64,000 bases of DNA, from positions 32,001-96,000 of the forward strand of contig JAQBYT010000006.1 in the NCBI GenBank assembly GCA_027622665.1, given 5' to 3'. Source of the stretch: Verrucomicrobiota bacterium. Lineage in GTDB: Bacteria > Verrucomicrobiota > Verrucomicrobiia > Opitutales > Seribacteraceae. The notes under the pieces are model-generated. The model saw nothing but the letters and a program-made list of their open reading frames with translations, did not search any database and had not been told where the DNA came from. The translations under genes were made by a program, and so were the position numbers. Positions 1 to 9,944 of this stretch are shown in pieces (position 1 is the first letter of the stretch; each line of letters starts with the position of its first letter).

Positions 1-2618
1 GCCTCGGTAGAGGCGACGACTTTGCAGAGGTTGGCGATTTCCTTGTCGAGGCGGGCCCGTTCGGCGTCGAGGTCGATGCCGGATGCGAGGTCTAAAAAAA
101 CGGTTCCGAGCGGAGTAACGACGGAGGGCTGCCCGGTGGGTGCCTTGACGGTACGCTCGAAGGATGCTGCGCCTACGAAAAGGAGTAGCTTTTCCTTATG
201 CCTTTCCAGAGTGTCGGACTTTGCGTCGTCGGCAAGGTAATGGAGGGCGACTTCCCTGTTGGTGGCTAGACCACGTTCGGCCTTGAGGGCCCGGAGAGCA
301 GTTACGACTTCGCGGAGGGCCGCAATTTCCGCACCTGCTTCTTCATCTAGGGTGATGCCTCGCGTGGAAAGGGCTTCGCGGATTGCGGCACCTTCTCCCG
401 GGTCGACGTACTGTATGGAGGAACTGTGTAGGGAGTAGCCTAGGCGCTGCCAAAGTTCCTCGGTGATGAAAGGTGTGGCGGGATGGAGAAGCAGCAGGGT
501 CTGGCGTAGGCAGAGATCTTGCACGGCGAGGCAGGTCTCGCGTAGGGAATCGTCGCGTAGCTTGGCTTTGGAGACTTCGACGTACCAATCGCAGAAGTCG
601 TGCCAGAAGAACCGATAAATGCCGTGCAGGACTGCGTTGAACTCGTAGGCTTGGTGCTCCCGTTCAACTTGGTCGAGTGTTTCGACGAGTCGGGCGAGGA
701 TGGCGTGGTCTTCGGCATCCAACTTGTCTGGTTCGAGTCGGGCGAGAATGGCGTCGATAGACGAGTTCTCACGGGCTTCGCCGGACATCCTGCGAAATCG
801 TGAGACGTTCCAGAGTTTGTTGCAGAAATTGCGGCCTTGCTCGATGCTTTCCTCGGAGAAGCGTATGTCTTGTCCCTTTGGAGCGATGCTCATTATGCCG
901 TGGCGGAGACCATCGGCCCCGAATTTGGCGATGAGATCGAGGGGGTCGGGGGAGTTGCCCAAGGATTTTGACATCTTGCGACCACGGGAGTCTCGAATGA
1001 TGCCCGTGAAATAGACGTCGCGAAAGGGAATGCGCCGCTTGATCTCCTCGTCGGATAGAATTTCTTCCTTGTCCGTAGGTTCGCCCATGAACTCGAGGCC
1101 CGCCATGATCATGCGGGCGACCCAGAAGAAGATGATGTCGGGCCCCGTGACGAGGGCTGAGGTGGGGTAGAAGGAGGCTAAGTCCTGCTCTGCCATTGCT
1201 TTCTCATCGGGCCACCCCATGGTGGCGAATGGCCAAAGCCAGGAGGAGGCCCAAGTGTCGAGAACGTCTTCGTCCTGTTCCCAGTTTTCCGGATCCTCGG
1301 GACCGTTTAGAGAGACGTGCCAGTTGGCGGGATCGGATCGATCTTCGCCCATCTTGTACCATACGGGAATGCGATGCCCCCACCAGAGTTGGCGAGATAT
1401 GCACCAGTCCTTGATGTTGTCCAGCCAGTGCAGGTAGGTCTTTTCCCAGCGTTCGGGGAAATAGCGTATGAAACCTTCCTTAACGGCCCTTTTGGCTTCC
1501 TCGACGCGAGGATATTTCAGAAACCATTGCTCGGATAGGCGCGGTTCAATGGGAACGTCGGCTCGTTCGGAAAAGCCCACGTTGTTCGAGTGAGCCTCCT
1601 CGTCAACGAGACTGCCGTTTTCTTTCAACCTCTCGACGGTGGCTTTTCGCGCGGCAAAGCGATCCATGCCCGCGAAGTCGGGACCTGCGTGTTCGTTTAA
1701 GGTTCCGTCGGGATTGAGAATCTCGATAATCGGCAGGTCATGCCGTTGGCCAATTTCAAAGTCCAGTTGATCATGGGCGGGTGTGATCTTGAGCATACCG
1801 GTGCCGAAGTCCTTTTCCACGGCTTCGTCGGCGATGATGGGTATGGGAGTTTCTTGCAGGGGGCGAATGACGTGCTTGCCCTTGAGCCTCGGCCAACGTT
1901 CATCATCCGGGTGTATGGCTACGGCGACGTCGCCCATGATGGTTTCGGGGCGAGTGGTGGATACGTCGAGGTAGACGCCCGGCGTTTCCATAATTTGATA
2001 GCGAACCTTGTAGAGGATGCTATCCTGCGGTTTCATGACGACCTCCTCGTCGGAAAGGGCGGTGAGGCTGGCCGGACACCAGTTCACCATACGTTTGCCC
2101 CGATACACGTAACCCCTCTCGAACAATTTAACGAAACCGCTAAGCACAGCCTGAGAATAGTCCTCGTCCAAGGTGTGAGTGTTTCTTTCCCAGTCGCACG
2201 AACATCCTAGTTTACGAAGTTGCCTGAGGATGATTCCGCCATGCTTGTCGCGCCATTCGACGGCTCGATCGATAAATTTCTCACGCCCTAGGTCTCGACG
2301 GCTCGACCCTTCATCCCTTAGAGCCTTTTCCACCTTCGTTTGGGTGGCGATACCCGCGTGGTCGGTGCCCGGTAACCACATTACGGCGGCTCCCTTTTGG
2401 CGTGCTCTTCGGGAAAGAATGTCCTGAATGGTATTGTTCAGTACATGGCCCATGGTCAAAACTCCCGTTACGTTCGGTGGGGGAATGACGATGGAATAGG
2501 TCGGTTGTCCTGCCGAGGGTTTACCCGCAAAACAACCGTCTTCCTCCCAACGGGAATACCAGCGGTCTTCGACTTCGCTTGGGGCGTATGCTTTAGGGAT
2601 TTCGAGTTCGTTGCTCAT
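1..2618 (-). CDS. valS: valine--tRNA ligase, 3' end runs off the left edge of the window
   Basis: Not in the ORF track because it has no stop in the window. Read by hand from ATG at 2618: MSNELEIPKAYAPSEVEDRWY, then PPPNVTGVLTMGHVLNNTIQD (HIGH region), DWCISRQLWWGHRIP, DTWASSW, and KMSKS at about 963-977. Confidence 0.97.
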   Translation of the reverse strand, partial: MSNELEIPKAYAPSEVEDRWYSRWEEDGCFAGKPSAGQPTYSIVIPPPNVTGVLTMGHVLNNTIQDILSRRARQKGAAVMWLPGTDHAGIATQTKVEKALRDEGSSRRDLGREKFIDRAVEWRDKHGGIILRQLRKLGCSCDWERNTHTLDEDYSQAVLSGFVKLFERGYVYRGKRMVNWCPASLTALSDEEVVMKPQDSILYKVRYQIMETPGVYLDVSTTRPETIMGDVAVAIHPDDERWPRLKGKHVIRPLQETPIPIIADEAVEKDFGTGMLKITPAHDQLDFEIGQRHDLPIIEILNPDGTLNEHAGPDFAGMDRFAARKATVERLKENGSLVDEEAHSNNVGFSERADVPIEPRLSEQWFLKYPRVEEAKRAVKEGFIRYFPERWEKTYLHWLDNIKDWCISRQLWWGHRIPVWYKMGEDRSDPANWHVSLNGPEDPENWEQDEDVLDTWASSWLWPFATMGWPDEKAMAEQDLASFYPTSALVTGPDIIFFWVARMIMAGLEFMGEPTDKEEILSDEEIKRRIPFRDVYFTGIIRDSRGRKMSKSLGNSPDPLDLIAKFGADGLRHGIMSIAPKGQDIRFSEESIEQGRNFCNKLWNVSRFRRMSGEARENSSIDAILARLEPDKLDAEDHAILARLVETLDQVEREHQAYEFNAVLHGIYRFFWHDFCDWYVEVSKAKLRDDSLRETCLAVQDLCLRQTLLLLHPATPFITEELWQRLGYSLHSSSIQYVDPGEGAAIREALSTRGITLDEEAGAEIAALREVVTALRALKAERGLATNREVALHYLADDAKSDTLERHKEKLLLFVGAASFERTVKAPTGQPSVVTPLGTVFLDLASGIDLDAERARLDKEIANLCKVVASTE

Positions 2619-2643
2619 GCTTTTTCGGTAAAACCGTTTTAGG

Positions 2644-3384
2644 TTAGCGAATTCGTCGAGCTTGGCGAGAAAAAGCGCGTGTGCGACCTGCTTGAAAAAA
2701 CTTCACCTGCTTTTTTTTGAAAAAAGGAGTCAGTAAGATTCCGGCGGCAAATCCTCCCAAGTGAGCCGCTACCGCTACGCCACCTCCCTCGCTCATTGAG
2801 GTAGGGAAGGCGAGGATTTGCTCGATTATCCAAATCCCCAGTACCAAATAGGCTGGAACTAGTACCGTGCCGATGAAGATGATGAACCAGTAAAAGACTC
2901 GAACGTTCGCTCGCGGGTAGAGCAAAAGATAGCCGGCGATAACTCCGGAGATCGCTCCCGAAGCACCGACCATGGGTACGTTCGACGAGGGATCGACCAG
3001 CCCTTGGGAGACCGCTGCGAGCAGACCACAGGTAAGGTAAAAGAGGGAAAAGCGAACCTTCCCCATGGCGTCTTCCACATTGTCGCCGTAGAGGTAGAGA
3101 AACAACATGTTTCCCAAAATGTGGGCGATGCCTCCATGACTAAACATTGAGGTGAAAACGGTTGCCCATTCCCATAATACATCTCCGGACTCCTCGAAGC
3201 TAAGTTGCCCGAAGAAAGTTACCGGAAGGAAGGCGAAATTAGAGAAATAGGTAGCCTGCTCGGATGGAGGCAAGGAAAACTGCCATGCGAAGAATACCCA
3301 TAAATTGGCGGCGATTATTACCCAAGTCAAGTAGGGGAAACTCTTTGCTTGATTATCGTCTTTGTAGGGGAAAATTACAAACAT
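2644..3384 (-). CDS. rhomboid family intramembrane serine protease
   Basis: Motifs FTSMFSHGGIAHILGNMLFL, catalytic GASG and AHLGGF; multiple TM segments. Probable start is ATG 3384 (MFVIFPYKD). Confidence 0.93.
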   Translation of the reverse strand: MFVIFPYKDDNQAKSFPYLTWVIIAANLWVFFAWQFSLPPSEQATYFSNFAFLPVTFFGQLSFEESGDVLWEWATVFTSMFSHGGIAHILGNMLFLYLYGDNVEDAMGKVRFSLFYLTCGLLAAVSQGLVDPSSNVPMVGASGAISGVIAGYLLLYPRANVRVFYWFIIFIGTVLVPAYLVLGIWIIEQILAFPTSMSEGGGVAVAAHLGGFAAGILLTPFFKKKQVKFFQAGRTRAFSRQARRIR

Positions 3385-3493
3385 GGCTGACCGTTGTCCT
3401 AACGATATAGACTGAGAGGTAAAGCCCAACGACACTTGAACCCTCGTTTTTTTGCTTGTTGCTCGCTCTCGATTATTTATTGCTGGAAGGCAA

Positions 3494-3730
3494 ATGGATG
3501 ATTCGTTCGATAGATTGGCGGTCTTTCAAACCGATGAAGGCATAACTTTGGCTTTTGGCGAGCGAACCTATTTCATCGGCGTCGACGAACCCTTTTACAA
3601 CATAGCCCAAAAAGCCTTGGCCCAAGAGGATTACGTACCCTTTTACGTGGAGATGGCCAAGCGGGAGGGATTGGGCGAAGAGCTTCGCGACGCGTTGCTC
3701 CGGGAAGTGACGCGTCTTGAGCGAGAATGA
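3494..3730 (+). CDS. hypothetical protein (~78 aa)
   Basis: Protein-like ORF (MDDSFDRLAVFQTDEG...) filling the gap between two minus-strand genes. ATG 3494 preferred over TTG 3452. Confidence 0.65.
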   Translation: MDDSFDRLAVFQTDEGITLAFGERTYFIGVDEPFYNIAQKALAQEDYVPFYVEMAKREGLGEELRDALLREVTRLERE

Positions 3731-3733
3731 GAA

Positions 3734-4951
3734 TTAGCCTTCTCCCATTGCCGCTTGGTTTAGGGCGATCAAGGCCAAGGCTGAGCATAGGATCGGGTCG
3801 TCTTCCTTCATGAGGCGACCTTGAGGGTTGAGGAATGAACCGTCTTCGTTTTGCCTCTCTGCGAGGAATGTCCGTAGGTTCTTGCGCCAGTCCTCGGCTA
3901 TGGCGAGTTGGTAGAATACCTGAGCTCTTGCGGCGCAGTGATAGTAAATCATGGATTCTGCCCATGGTTCGGAATGCTCGGCAGGGATGCCCGAGGGCAG
4001 ATCCCAACCTGAATGCCGTTCTAGCCAACGAACAGCGTCAAGTACACGATCGTCGGTTTGGGGAATGCCAGTCGCGAGTAAAGCGAGGATGCCGTCGCAA
4101 GTCGCCGTGGCGTAACTGCGGTAGTAAGGTCTCCCGGTAAGAGGATTCTTGGCGATGCGTCCCTTGTTGGCGTAGCTCACGTTCGGAGAAGAGAAAAAGC
4201 CGCCGTCGTAGGGTGGGGGAATGAATCCGGAAGTCATGAGACTCTTTGTGGGTATTAGTGGTGAACGGATTTCCTTGGGACTCTTTTGAACTAGAGAAAG
4301 AAAGCACAGGGCTCGTGACTTAATTTCTGCATCGACCTTGTTAGCTTCGTCCAAAGCCGCCAGAACGCGCCGGGTGTGGGAGAGGTCAACGAAACTGGAG
4401 AGAGTGGGGCGCTGGTTGATCCCGAAGCCCCAACCGCCGTAGGCAGGAGAATCGGGACTGAATCCCGCCGCCTCTGCAAATTGTTGAAGCACGAGGTAGC
4501 GAGCCAAAGCATCGATGCGTGTTTTGTCGTCTTCTTGACCGTATCGGAGAAAGCAACGCAGGGCGTAGGAGGTGGCATAGTTCGGGTAATCGAGGATATG
4601 GGGATCGGCCCGACCGTGAATGCTGTTCTTATTCCCCATCCGCCTGAGAAAGTTCATTGACTTTTCGACAGCGCCCTCGGGTGGGGGCGCCATGTCGTTC
4701 CGAACTTCGGATAGGACGAAAAGGATGAATGGCGTGAGTGATTGCCCCGACTTCAATAGACCGTAGGTTTCGCTTCGCCAACTGCCGTCCGGTGACTGTT
4801 TGCTCCATAAGTAATCGGTTACCCTGATCAGCGACTCCTTCACCTTCGGTGGTGGAGAGGCGTCCCGCTCGGCGAAACTTGCGAACGGGACGCACAATCC
4901 TCCCAACACTCCAAGAGACCATTTCAAAAAGAAGATTTTAGATGGTTTCAT
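3734..4951 (-). CDS. secreted prenyltransferase/squalene oxidase repeat (alpha/alpha barrel) protein
   Basis: Signal peptide and QW-like repeats (YLWSKQSPDGSW, GGWGF, FLAERQNEDGSF). No DXDD cyclase motif seen. Confidence 0.8.
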   Translation of the reverse strand: MKPSKIFFLKWSLGVLGGLCVPFASFAERDASPPPKVKESLIRVTDYLWSKQSPDGSWRSETYGLLKSGQSLTPFILFVLSEVRNDMAPPPEGAVEKSMNFLRRMGNKNSIHGRADPHILDYPNYATSYALRCFLRYGQEDDKTRIDALARYLVLQQFAEAAGFSPDSPAYGGWGFGINQRPTLSSFVDLSHTRRVLAALDEANKVDAEIKSRALCFLSLVQKSPKEIRSPLIPTKSLMTSGFIPPPYDGGFFSSPNVSYANKGRIAKNPLTGRPYYRSYATATCDGILALLATGIPQTDDRVLDAVRWLERHSGWDLPSGIPAEHSEPWAESMIYYHCAARAQVFYQLAIAEDWRKNLRTFLAERQNEDGSFLNPQGRLMKEDDPILCSALALIALNQAAMGEG

Positions 4952-4979
4952 GGATTTCTGTTTGGTCGAAGGTAAGTTT

Positions 4980-6437
4980 TTATTTGGCAGCTACTTTTCC
5001 GTTCCCGCCCTCTTCCTGTTTTCCGGAGGAGGCCAGAGCGGCGTTGCGGAGCATTTTGGTGTCGCGATAGGTGTTCAGGCACTGGATCACCGCAGCAGTA
5101 CAAAAAACCGGGCTAGTGATGCAGTGATGCCCGCTCCAGCTGCCGTTCGGGTTCTGGATCTTGTTCAATCGATGGTGCATCTTTTCGTCCCATTTTTCCC
5201 ATGCTTCTCCTCCTGTGATGACGAGCGATTCGCTCGTCATGAGATAGCTGAGGTATTCCTCTCCGCCGTTGTTGCCGAAGCCGGTAAGTAGTGCCTCGTC
5301 GTTCTGTACTCGAGCTTGTTGGCGTTCGTTTTGGGATACGGATTGGGCCAGTTTGTCAGCCTTTTCCTGAGCTACGCCGATTTTACGCAGGTTGTCCGCA
5401 TTCACTTGGGCGTTCTTTTCAAGTTTGCCCTCTTTCTTTGCAGTATCAATCAAGTCGTGGGCTTCCCAAGTCTCGGCGGCCGTAGCTCGCTGGGCGCTCG
5501 CGAATGCATACAATTCGACTCCTGCGGCAGTATCGGCTTTTGCTTTGCCCGAGGAGGGGTCGATGTTTCCTTTCTGGTTGTCGCGTGCTCGGTCGAGGGC
5601 TTTTTGATCCACTTGTTTTCCTGCAACTTGGGCAAGTTCAAGGGCTTGTCCCGCGAGAGAGGATTGCAGAACAGGAGCCCAACCGCCTCCGCCACTCCAG
5701 CTTCCATCTTTTTGCTGGGAACCTTGGATTTTTGCTATGCATTTGTCGATTGCCTTGTCGACTCGTTTGCGGAGTTTGTCCTTCTTCGGGAATTCGTTCA
5801 GCACGCGTGCGAGGTAGCGAGCAGTGAGTGAGGTGTCGACGTAAGCTCCCATCTTTGCCTGAGGTTGCGTGCCTGTTAGGTTTGTGATGCGTGGACCTTC
5901 CTTGGGTGCTTTCTCTACGACTTTAACGAGGGCTTCGGTTGCCCGACGAACGACATCCTTATACTTGCCCTTTTTCGGTGTGTGTCCCGAGCGTACGAAT
6001 GCCATAGCGGCGAACGAGGTGGTTGCGGGATCGCCCTTCACTGCATGTGGGTCGCGGACTTGCTGGCTGGAACTAACGCCTGCACCCCATGACCCGTCTT
6101 CGTGCTGGGCTTGAGCGAGCCAGTCGAGGGACTTTTCGACGAATTTCGGAGTGGTTTCCAGTTTGTACTTGTAGTCGCTTTCGATTTTGTCGAGTGCATG
6201 GGAAGCATTTTGTTGATCGTTGCTTACTCCGCGAATGCGGGCACCGAAAGAAGAGCTTTCCTGCAAAAGTTCGACCCGCTCGGATTTGCGGTCAAGTTTC
6301 TTCTTCGTTCTATTCGTCTCGATCTGCGGTTTTTCTTCTTTTGCTGTTTGCAACAGTGAAGCGGGTGAACTTTTGGCCGCTACGAGATGTAAGGCGACCA
6401 TAGTTGCCAAGCCAATTATTATTGTAGGTTTCTTCAT
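4980..6437 (-). CDS. secreted prenyltransferase/squalene oxidase repeat protein
   Basis: Repeats WLAQAQHEDGSW, IQGSQQKDGSW, LNKIQNPNGSW. Probable start is ATG 6437 (MKKPTIIIGL..., signal peptide) with GGAG upstream. Confidence 0.8.
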   Translation of the reverse strand: MKKPTIIIGLATMVALHLVAAKSSPASLLQTAKEEKPQIETNRTKKKLDRKSERVELLQESSSFGARIRGVSNDQQNASHALDKIESDYKYKLETTPKFVEKSLDWLAQAQHEDGSWGAGVSSSQQVRDPHAVKGDPATTSFAAMAFVRSGHTPKKGKYKDVVRRATEALVKVVEKAPKEGPRITNLTGTQPQAKMGAYVDTSLTARYLARVLNEFPKKDKLRKRVDKAIDKCIAKIQGSQQKDGSWSGGGGWAPVLQSSLAGQALELAQVAGKQVDQKALDRARDNQKGNIDPSSGKAKADTAAGVELYAFASAQRATAAETWEAHDLIDTAKKEGKLEKNAQVNADNLRKIGVAQEKADKLAQSVSQNERQQARVQNDEALLTGFGNNGGEEYLSYLMTSESLVITGGEAWEKWDEKMHHRLNKIQNPNGSWSGHHCITSPVFCTAAVIQCLNTYRDTKMLRNAALASSGKQEEGGNGKVAAK

Positions 6438-7050
6438 CGTGGATATCTCCTTGGTTTTGGGTTCTGAATACGAGTTTATGTAATTAGGATGCGTCAGTCG
6501 GCGCATTCTTAGAAACCAGTATGCCGGAACTTTTGGAGAAAGTTGTTCGAGAGGCGTAAAACGAAGGTCAAAAAAACGTCATGAAAGCTGTCCTTCCATC
6601 TTGGCCTTCCTTGGATGTACCACGAAGGTTTTTGGGATGGGGGATTCTATCTCAATAGTTTGAATCCAAAGTGAACCATTCCCATTTTAGCTTGTCGAAA
6701 AAGTATATGGATTTGTCGACTCCTTTCCTCCTCGGAGTCATCCTTATTTGTGATGCCAAAGCCAACCGGACGCTTCTGATTTATCCGATGTTGGAGTTTA
6801 AATAACTTTTTTGGCACCGGCAGTTGTAGTTGGGAGTGATTGATCCTTGGCCGAATGAAAAAGAGATTCGTTGCAATGCCCATGACACTTTGCGTAGGCT
6901 CGAGTTTAGATTGCGAGAAGGTGCTGTCGTACTTTGCTTCTCGGACAGGAAGGTATTCGAGTTGTCAAGCCATCCATCGGGCAGGGAACATTCGGCAAAG
7001 ACTGAAATTTTACCAGTGCCGCGATAGTAAGTAATCGACTGAGATTCTGG

Positions 7051-8451
7051 TTATCTTCGACTGACTCCGGAGGCGATTGCAGCTTTCTTTACGGCTCGGG
7101 CCACGTTGCGTGCGACTGAACGGTCGAACACGCTAGGTATGATGTAGTCGGCGCCGAGGTCTTCCGGATCGATGCTGTTGGCGATGGCGTGGGCGGCTGC
7201 GAGTTTCATTGCTTCGTTTATTCTTGTGGCCCGAGCATCAAGGGCTCCACGAAACAGACCGGGGAAACATAGAACGTTGTTGATCTGATTTGGATAATCA
7301 GACCGGCCTGTAGCCATGACGGCAACGTGGGGCAAGGCCTCTTCCGGTTTGATTTCCGGAGTGGGGTTGCTCATAGCAAAGACAATTGCATTATCGGCCA
7401 TTCGGCTCACGTCGTCGGCATCGATGACATCTGGGCCAGAAAGCCCCACGAAGAGGTCGGCATCTTCAATTAGTTGCTGAATCGATCCTTTTAGCTTATC
7501 TGGATTTGTTGCTTCGGCATAGGCCTGCTTGGATTCATTCATGTCCTCACGGCCGACATACAGGGCGCCTTTCCGGTCGAATCCTATGATGTTTTGAACT
7601 CCCAAATCCTGTATCATTTTAGTACATGCGGTACCTGCGGCACCGACGCCGGCAACTATGACCTTGAGATCCTTTGCTTTTTTGTTTACGTACTTTAGAG
7701 CATTGATGAGAGCCGCCGTCATGACTACTGCCGTGCCATGTTGGTCATCGTGAAAAACGGGAATGTCGAGCTCTTCCTGCAGGCGTTTCTCAATCTCAAA
7801 GCAACGGGGAGCGGAGATGTCTTCCAAGTTCACTCCGCCAAATGTAGGTGCCACTGCCTTGACGAACTGGATGATTTCATCGGTATCTTTTGTATTGATA
7901 CACAGAGGGAAGGCATCAACTCCTCCGAATTCCTTAAAAAGCATGGCTTTACCTTCCATGACAGGCATGGCGGCCTCCGGGCCGATGTCGCCAAGTCCCA
8001 ATACTGCCGTTCCGTCTGATACGATCGCTACGGTGTTTTTCTTGATGGTCAGCTTGTGGGCAAGATCAACATTTTCGTGAATGGCCATGCACACGCGCGC
8101 CACACCGGGGGTGTAAACCATGCTGAGTTCGTCACGGGTTTTTACAGACGACTTGCAGCCGGTTTCCAATTTGCCACCAAGATGAAGTAGAAACGTACGA
8201 TCGGAAACATGGATGATTTCAACCCCTTCAATGCTGTTGATGGCTTGCTGAATGGCTTCAGCTTGTTCGGGGCCACTGGTATCAATCGTGATATCCCGAA
8301 TGATGCGACCTTTATTAACTCGAACTATATCAATGGCTCCAGTGTTACCCCCCAGGTTTCCGACCTCCGTCATGACTTTGGCCAAGAGCCCCGGAGAATG
8401 ATCGAGCTGCATGCGAATGGTAATTGAATTTGAAGCTGAAGTATGACTCAT
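7051..8451 (-). CDS. NAD(P)-dependent malic enzyme with N-terminal ACT domain
   Basis: Motifs YTPGVA, VSDGTAVLGLGDIG, MEGKAMLFK, NLEDISAPRCF, FHDDQHGTA, GVGAAG, MSNPTPEI, DYPNQINNVLCFPG. N-terminal ACT-like segment (HSPGLLAKV). Confidence 0.95.
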   Translation of the reverse strand: MSHTSASNSITIRMQLDHSPGLLAKVMTEVGNLGGNTGAIDIVRVNKGRIIRDITIDTSGPEQAEAIQQAINSIEGVEIIHVSDRTFLLHLGGKLETGCKSSVKTRDELSMVYTPGVARVCMAIHENVDLAHKLTIKKNTVAIVSDGTAVLGLGDIGPEAAMPVMEGKAMLFKEFGGVDAFPLCINTKDTDEIIQFVKAVAPTFGGVNLEDISAPRCFEIEKRLQEELDIPVFHDDQHGTAVVMTAALINALKYVNKKAKDLKVIVAGVGAAGTACTKMIQDLGVQNIIGFDRKGALYVGREDMNESKQAYAEATNPDKLKGSIQQLIEDADLFVGLSGPDVIDADDVSRMADNAIVFAMSNPTPEIKPEEALPHVAVMATGRSDYPNQINNVLCFPGLFRGALDARATRINEAMKLAAAHAIANSIDPEDLGADYIIPSVFDRSVARNVARAVKKAAIASGVSRR

Positions 8452-8779
8452 GTGTGTTGCTAATGCTTTAAAGGTTTGCTGTTCCGTTGCAGGGGATTAC
8501 TTGCCATATCAACGAGCCAGTGCTCTTCCTGCCGGTCTGGGGCTTGACTCATTTTTTACTGGTTTGCTATAGATGTGGCTAAATTAAATACCTGTGCTCA
8601 TGTGACCATCCATTGGGTCTAGGGCTTAATGTGAAAAACTGAATAAGTTCATACCATCACTCACCTTCGCCCACTTTAAGAAACCTGCGAGTGCTCGAAA
8701 TCTCCGCTCCTTGTCAGACTGTTAAGCTTCGGTTGGCGTAGGGGAGGGCACTTCTTCGGCATCACTGCAGAACTTGTCG

Positions 8780-8974
8780 AACGATTAATCATAGCTTAAA
8801 GAAAAAATGGGTTTTCTTGACGGTTCTCGCTATGAGCGATTCTGCAACCAACGGTTGCCCACCATCTGTTATGGCCTCGTTTACTTTGTCCGCCAATATG
8901 GTGCCGGATGTCTCCATGCCGCTGTCGCCCATGAGCCCTCGAGTGGCACCCTCTGCGATTACCTTGTATGGCAT
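8780..8974 (-). pseudogene. probable decayed small DUF1737-like gene
   Basis: MPYKVIAEG...LADKVNEAITDGGQPL resembles the YK(V/I)...VN..I..GW.P.G pattern. A shifted frame continues IAHSENRQENPFFL*AMIN, with TAA where Q of the terminal QAM would be. Confidence 0.45.
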
Positions 8975-9003
8975 GATGGTGTACCTTTGTTGAATCTTGT
9001 GAT

Positions 9004-9402
9004 TTAAATTTTTGGATCTGAAGGGCTGAGTATGGGGGTGCCTTTCAACTCTATGGGAGTGAGTTTTGTTCCTTTGCCTAGAGGGCGCGCCTTGATTCCG
9101 GTCACCCTCAAACCCTTCCCCTCGGGTTGCAATTCGAAACGCAGTCTGAATGGCTTTTCGGTGGGACCTTCGAAGCTCACCCAAATAGCGTTCTTCCCTA
9201 GGATGTGCTCTTCCTTCCACGTCCCTTGCAGCGTATCGGGGAAGTATCCTGTAATCCGTGCTTTTTTATCCAAGTCCATGTTGATCACGATTTCTTTGCC
9301 GTTCACATTGCCCGAGTAGCTCCCATCGAAATCGCTTCCACAGGACAACAGTAGGACAGTTGCTGCCGGAATGAGGATTTGAGTAAGGGCCCGAAAATTC
9401 AT
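9004..9402 (-). CDS. hypothetical lipoprotein
   Basis: MNFRALTQILIPAATVLLLSC lipobox followed by GSDFDGSYSG. Confidence 0.75.
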   Translation of the reverse strand: MNFRALTQILIPAATVLLLSCGSDFDGSYSGNVNGKEIVINMDLDKKARITGYFPDTLQGTWKEEHILGKNAIWVSFEGPTEKPFRLRFELQPEGKGLRVTGIKARPLGKGTKLTPIELKGTPILSPSDPKI

Positions 9403-9480
9403 GAATTCAGAAGATAGCATGCTTCTTGCCCATTAGGCTATTACCAATTAACCAAAATCTTGGAATGGTAAGGAAGCGTT

Positions 9481-9915
9481 CTAGACGTCGATTACGTCGT
9501 CGTCGTGATGGGGGCGATTCTCGGTGCTTCCGGATTGGGCTCTGAAGTCCATTTTGGCTTTTGCCGCGAATCGTTCTCGTAGGCGATTGCGAACGTATCT
9601 TCTTATACCCGGCATCATTAGGGCGAAGCCGGCAATGTCGGTGAGGAGTCCGGGCGTGAGCAGTACGAGGCCCCCTATTAGGACGAGGACTCCCTCGATG
9701 AGTTCTCCCGCCGGGACTCGTCCGGCTTGGATTTCCCTTTGCATCCTCGACAAAATGGAGTGCCCTTGGCTTCTGGCGAGATGGGCACCCCAAAAACCCG
9801 TGAGAATGACAAGACCGATGGTCGGAATTGGTCCAACGATCCTTCCCATGCTTACGAGCAAGTAAAGCTCGATGAGCGGAACGGTGATGAAGAGGATGAG
9901 TAGGCGAGCGAACAC
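9481..9915 (-). CDS. fxsA: FxsA family membrane protein
   Basis: LFITVPLIELYLL, GAHLARSQG and LLTPGLLTDIAG are FxsA hallmarks; acidic DDDVIDV tail. Confidence 0.92.
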   Translation of the reverse strand: MFARLLILFITVPLIELYLLVSMGRIVGPIPTIGLVILTGFWGAHLARSQGHSILSRMQREIQAGRVPAGELIEGVLVLIGGLVLLTPGLLTDIAGFALMMPGIRRYVRNRLRERFAAKAKMDFRAQSGSTENRPHHDDDVIDV

Positions 9916-9944
9916 GTGGTCGGGTTTTGGGTGGTAACGGAAAG

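Noticed and set aside
3734..6437. Hopanoid or sterol cyclase cluster
   Set aside because: The proteins are short, carry signal peptides and lack DXDD/DCTAE; no hpn genes nearby.
6540..7050. AT-richer 500-bp gap with several 64-90 codon open frames
   Set aside because: No frame has a convincing start or a recognisable family. It may be a decayed gene but cannot be supported.
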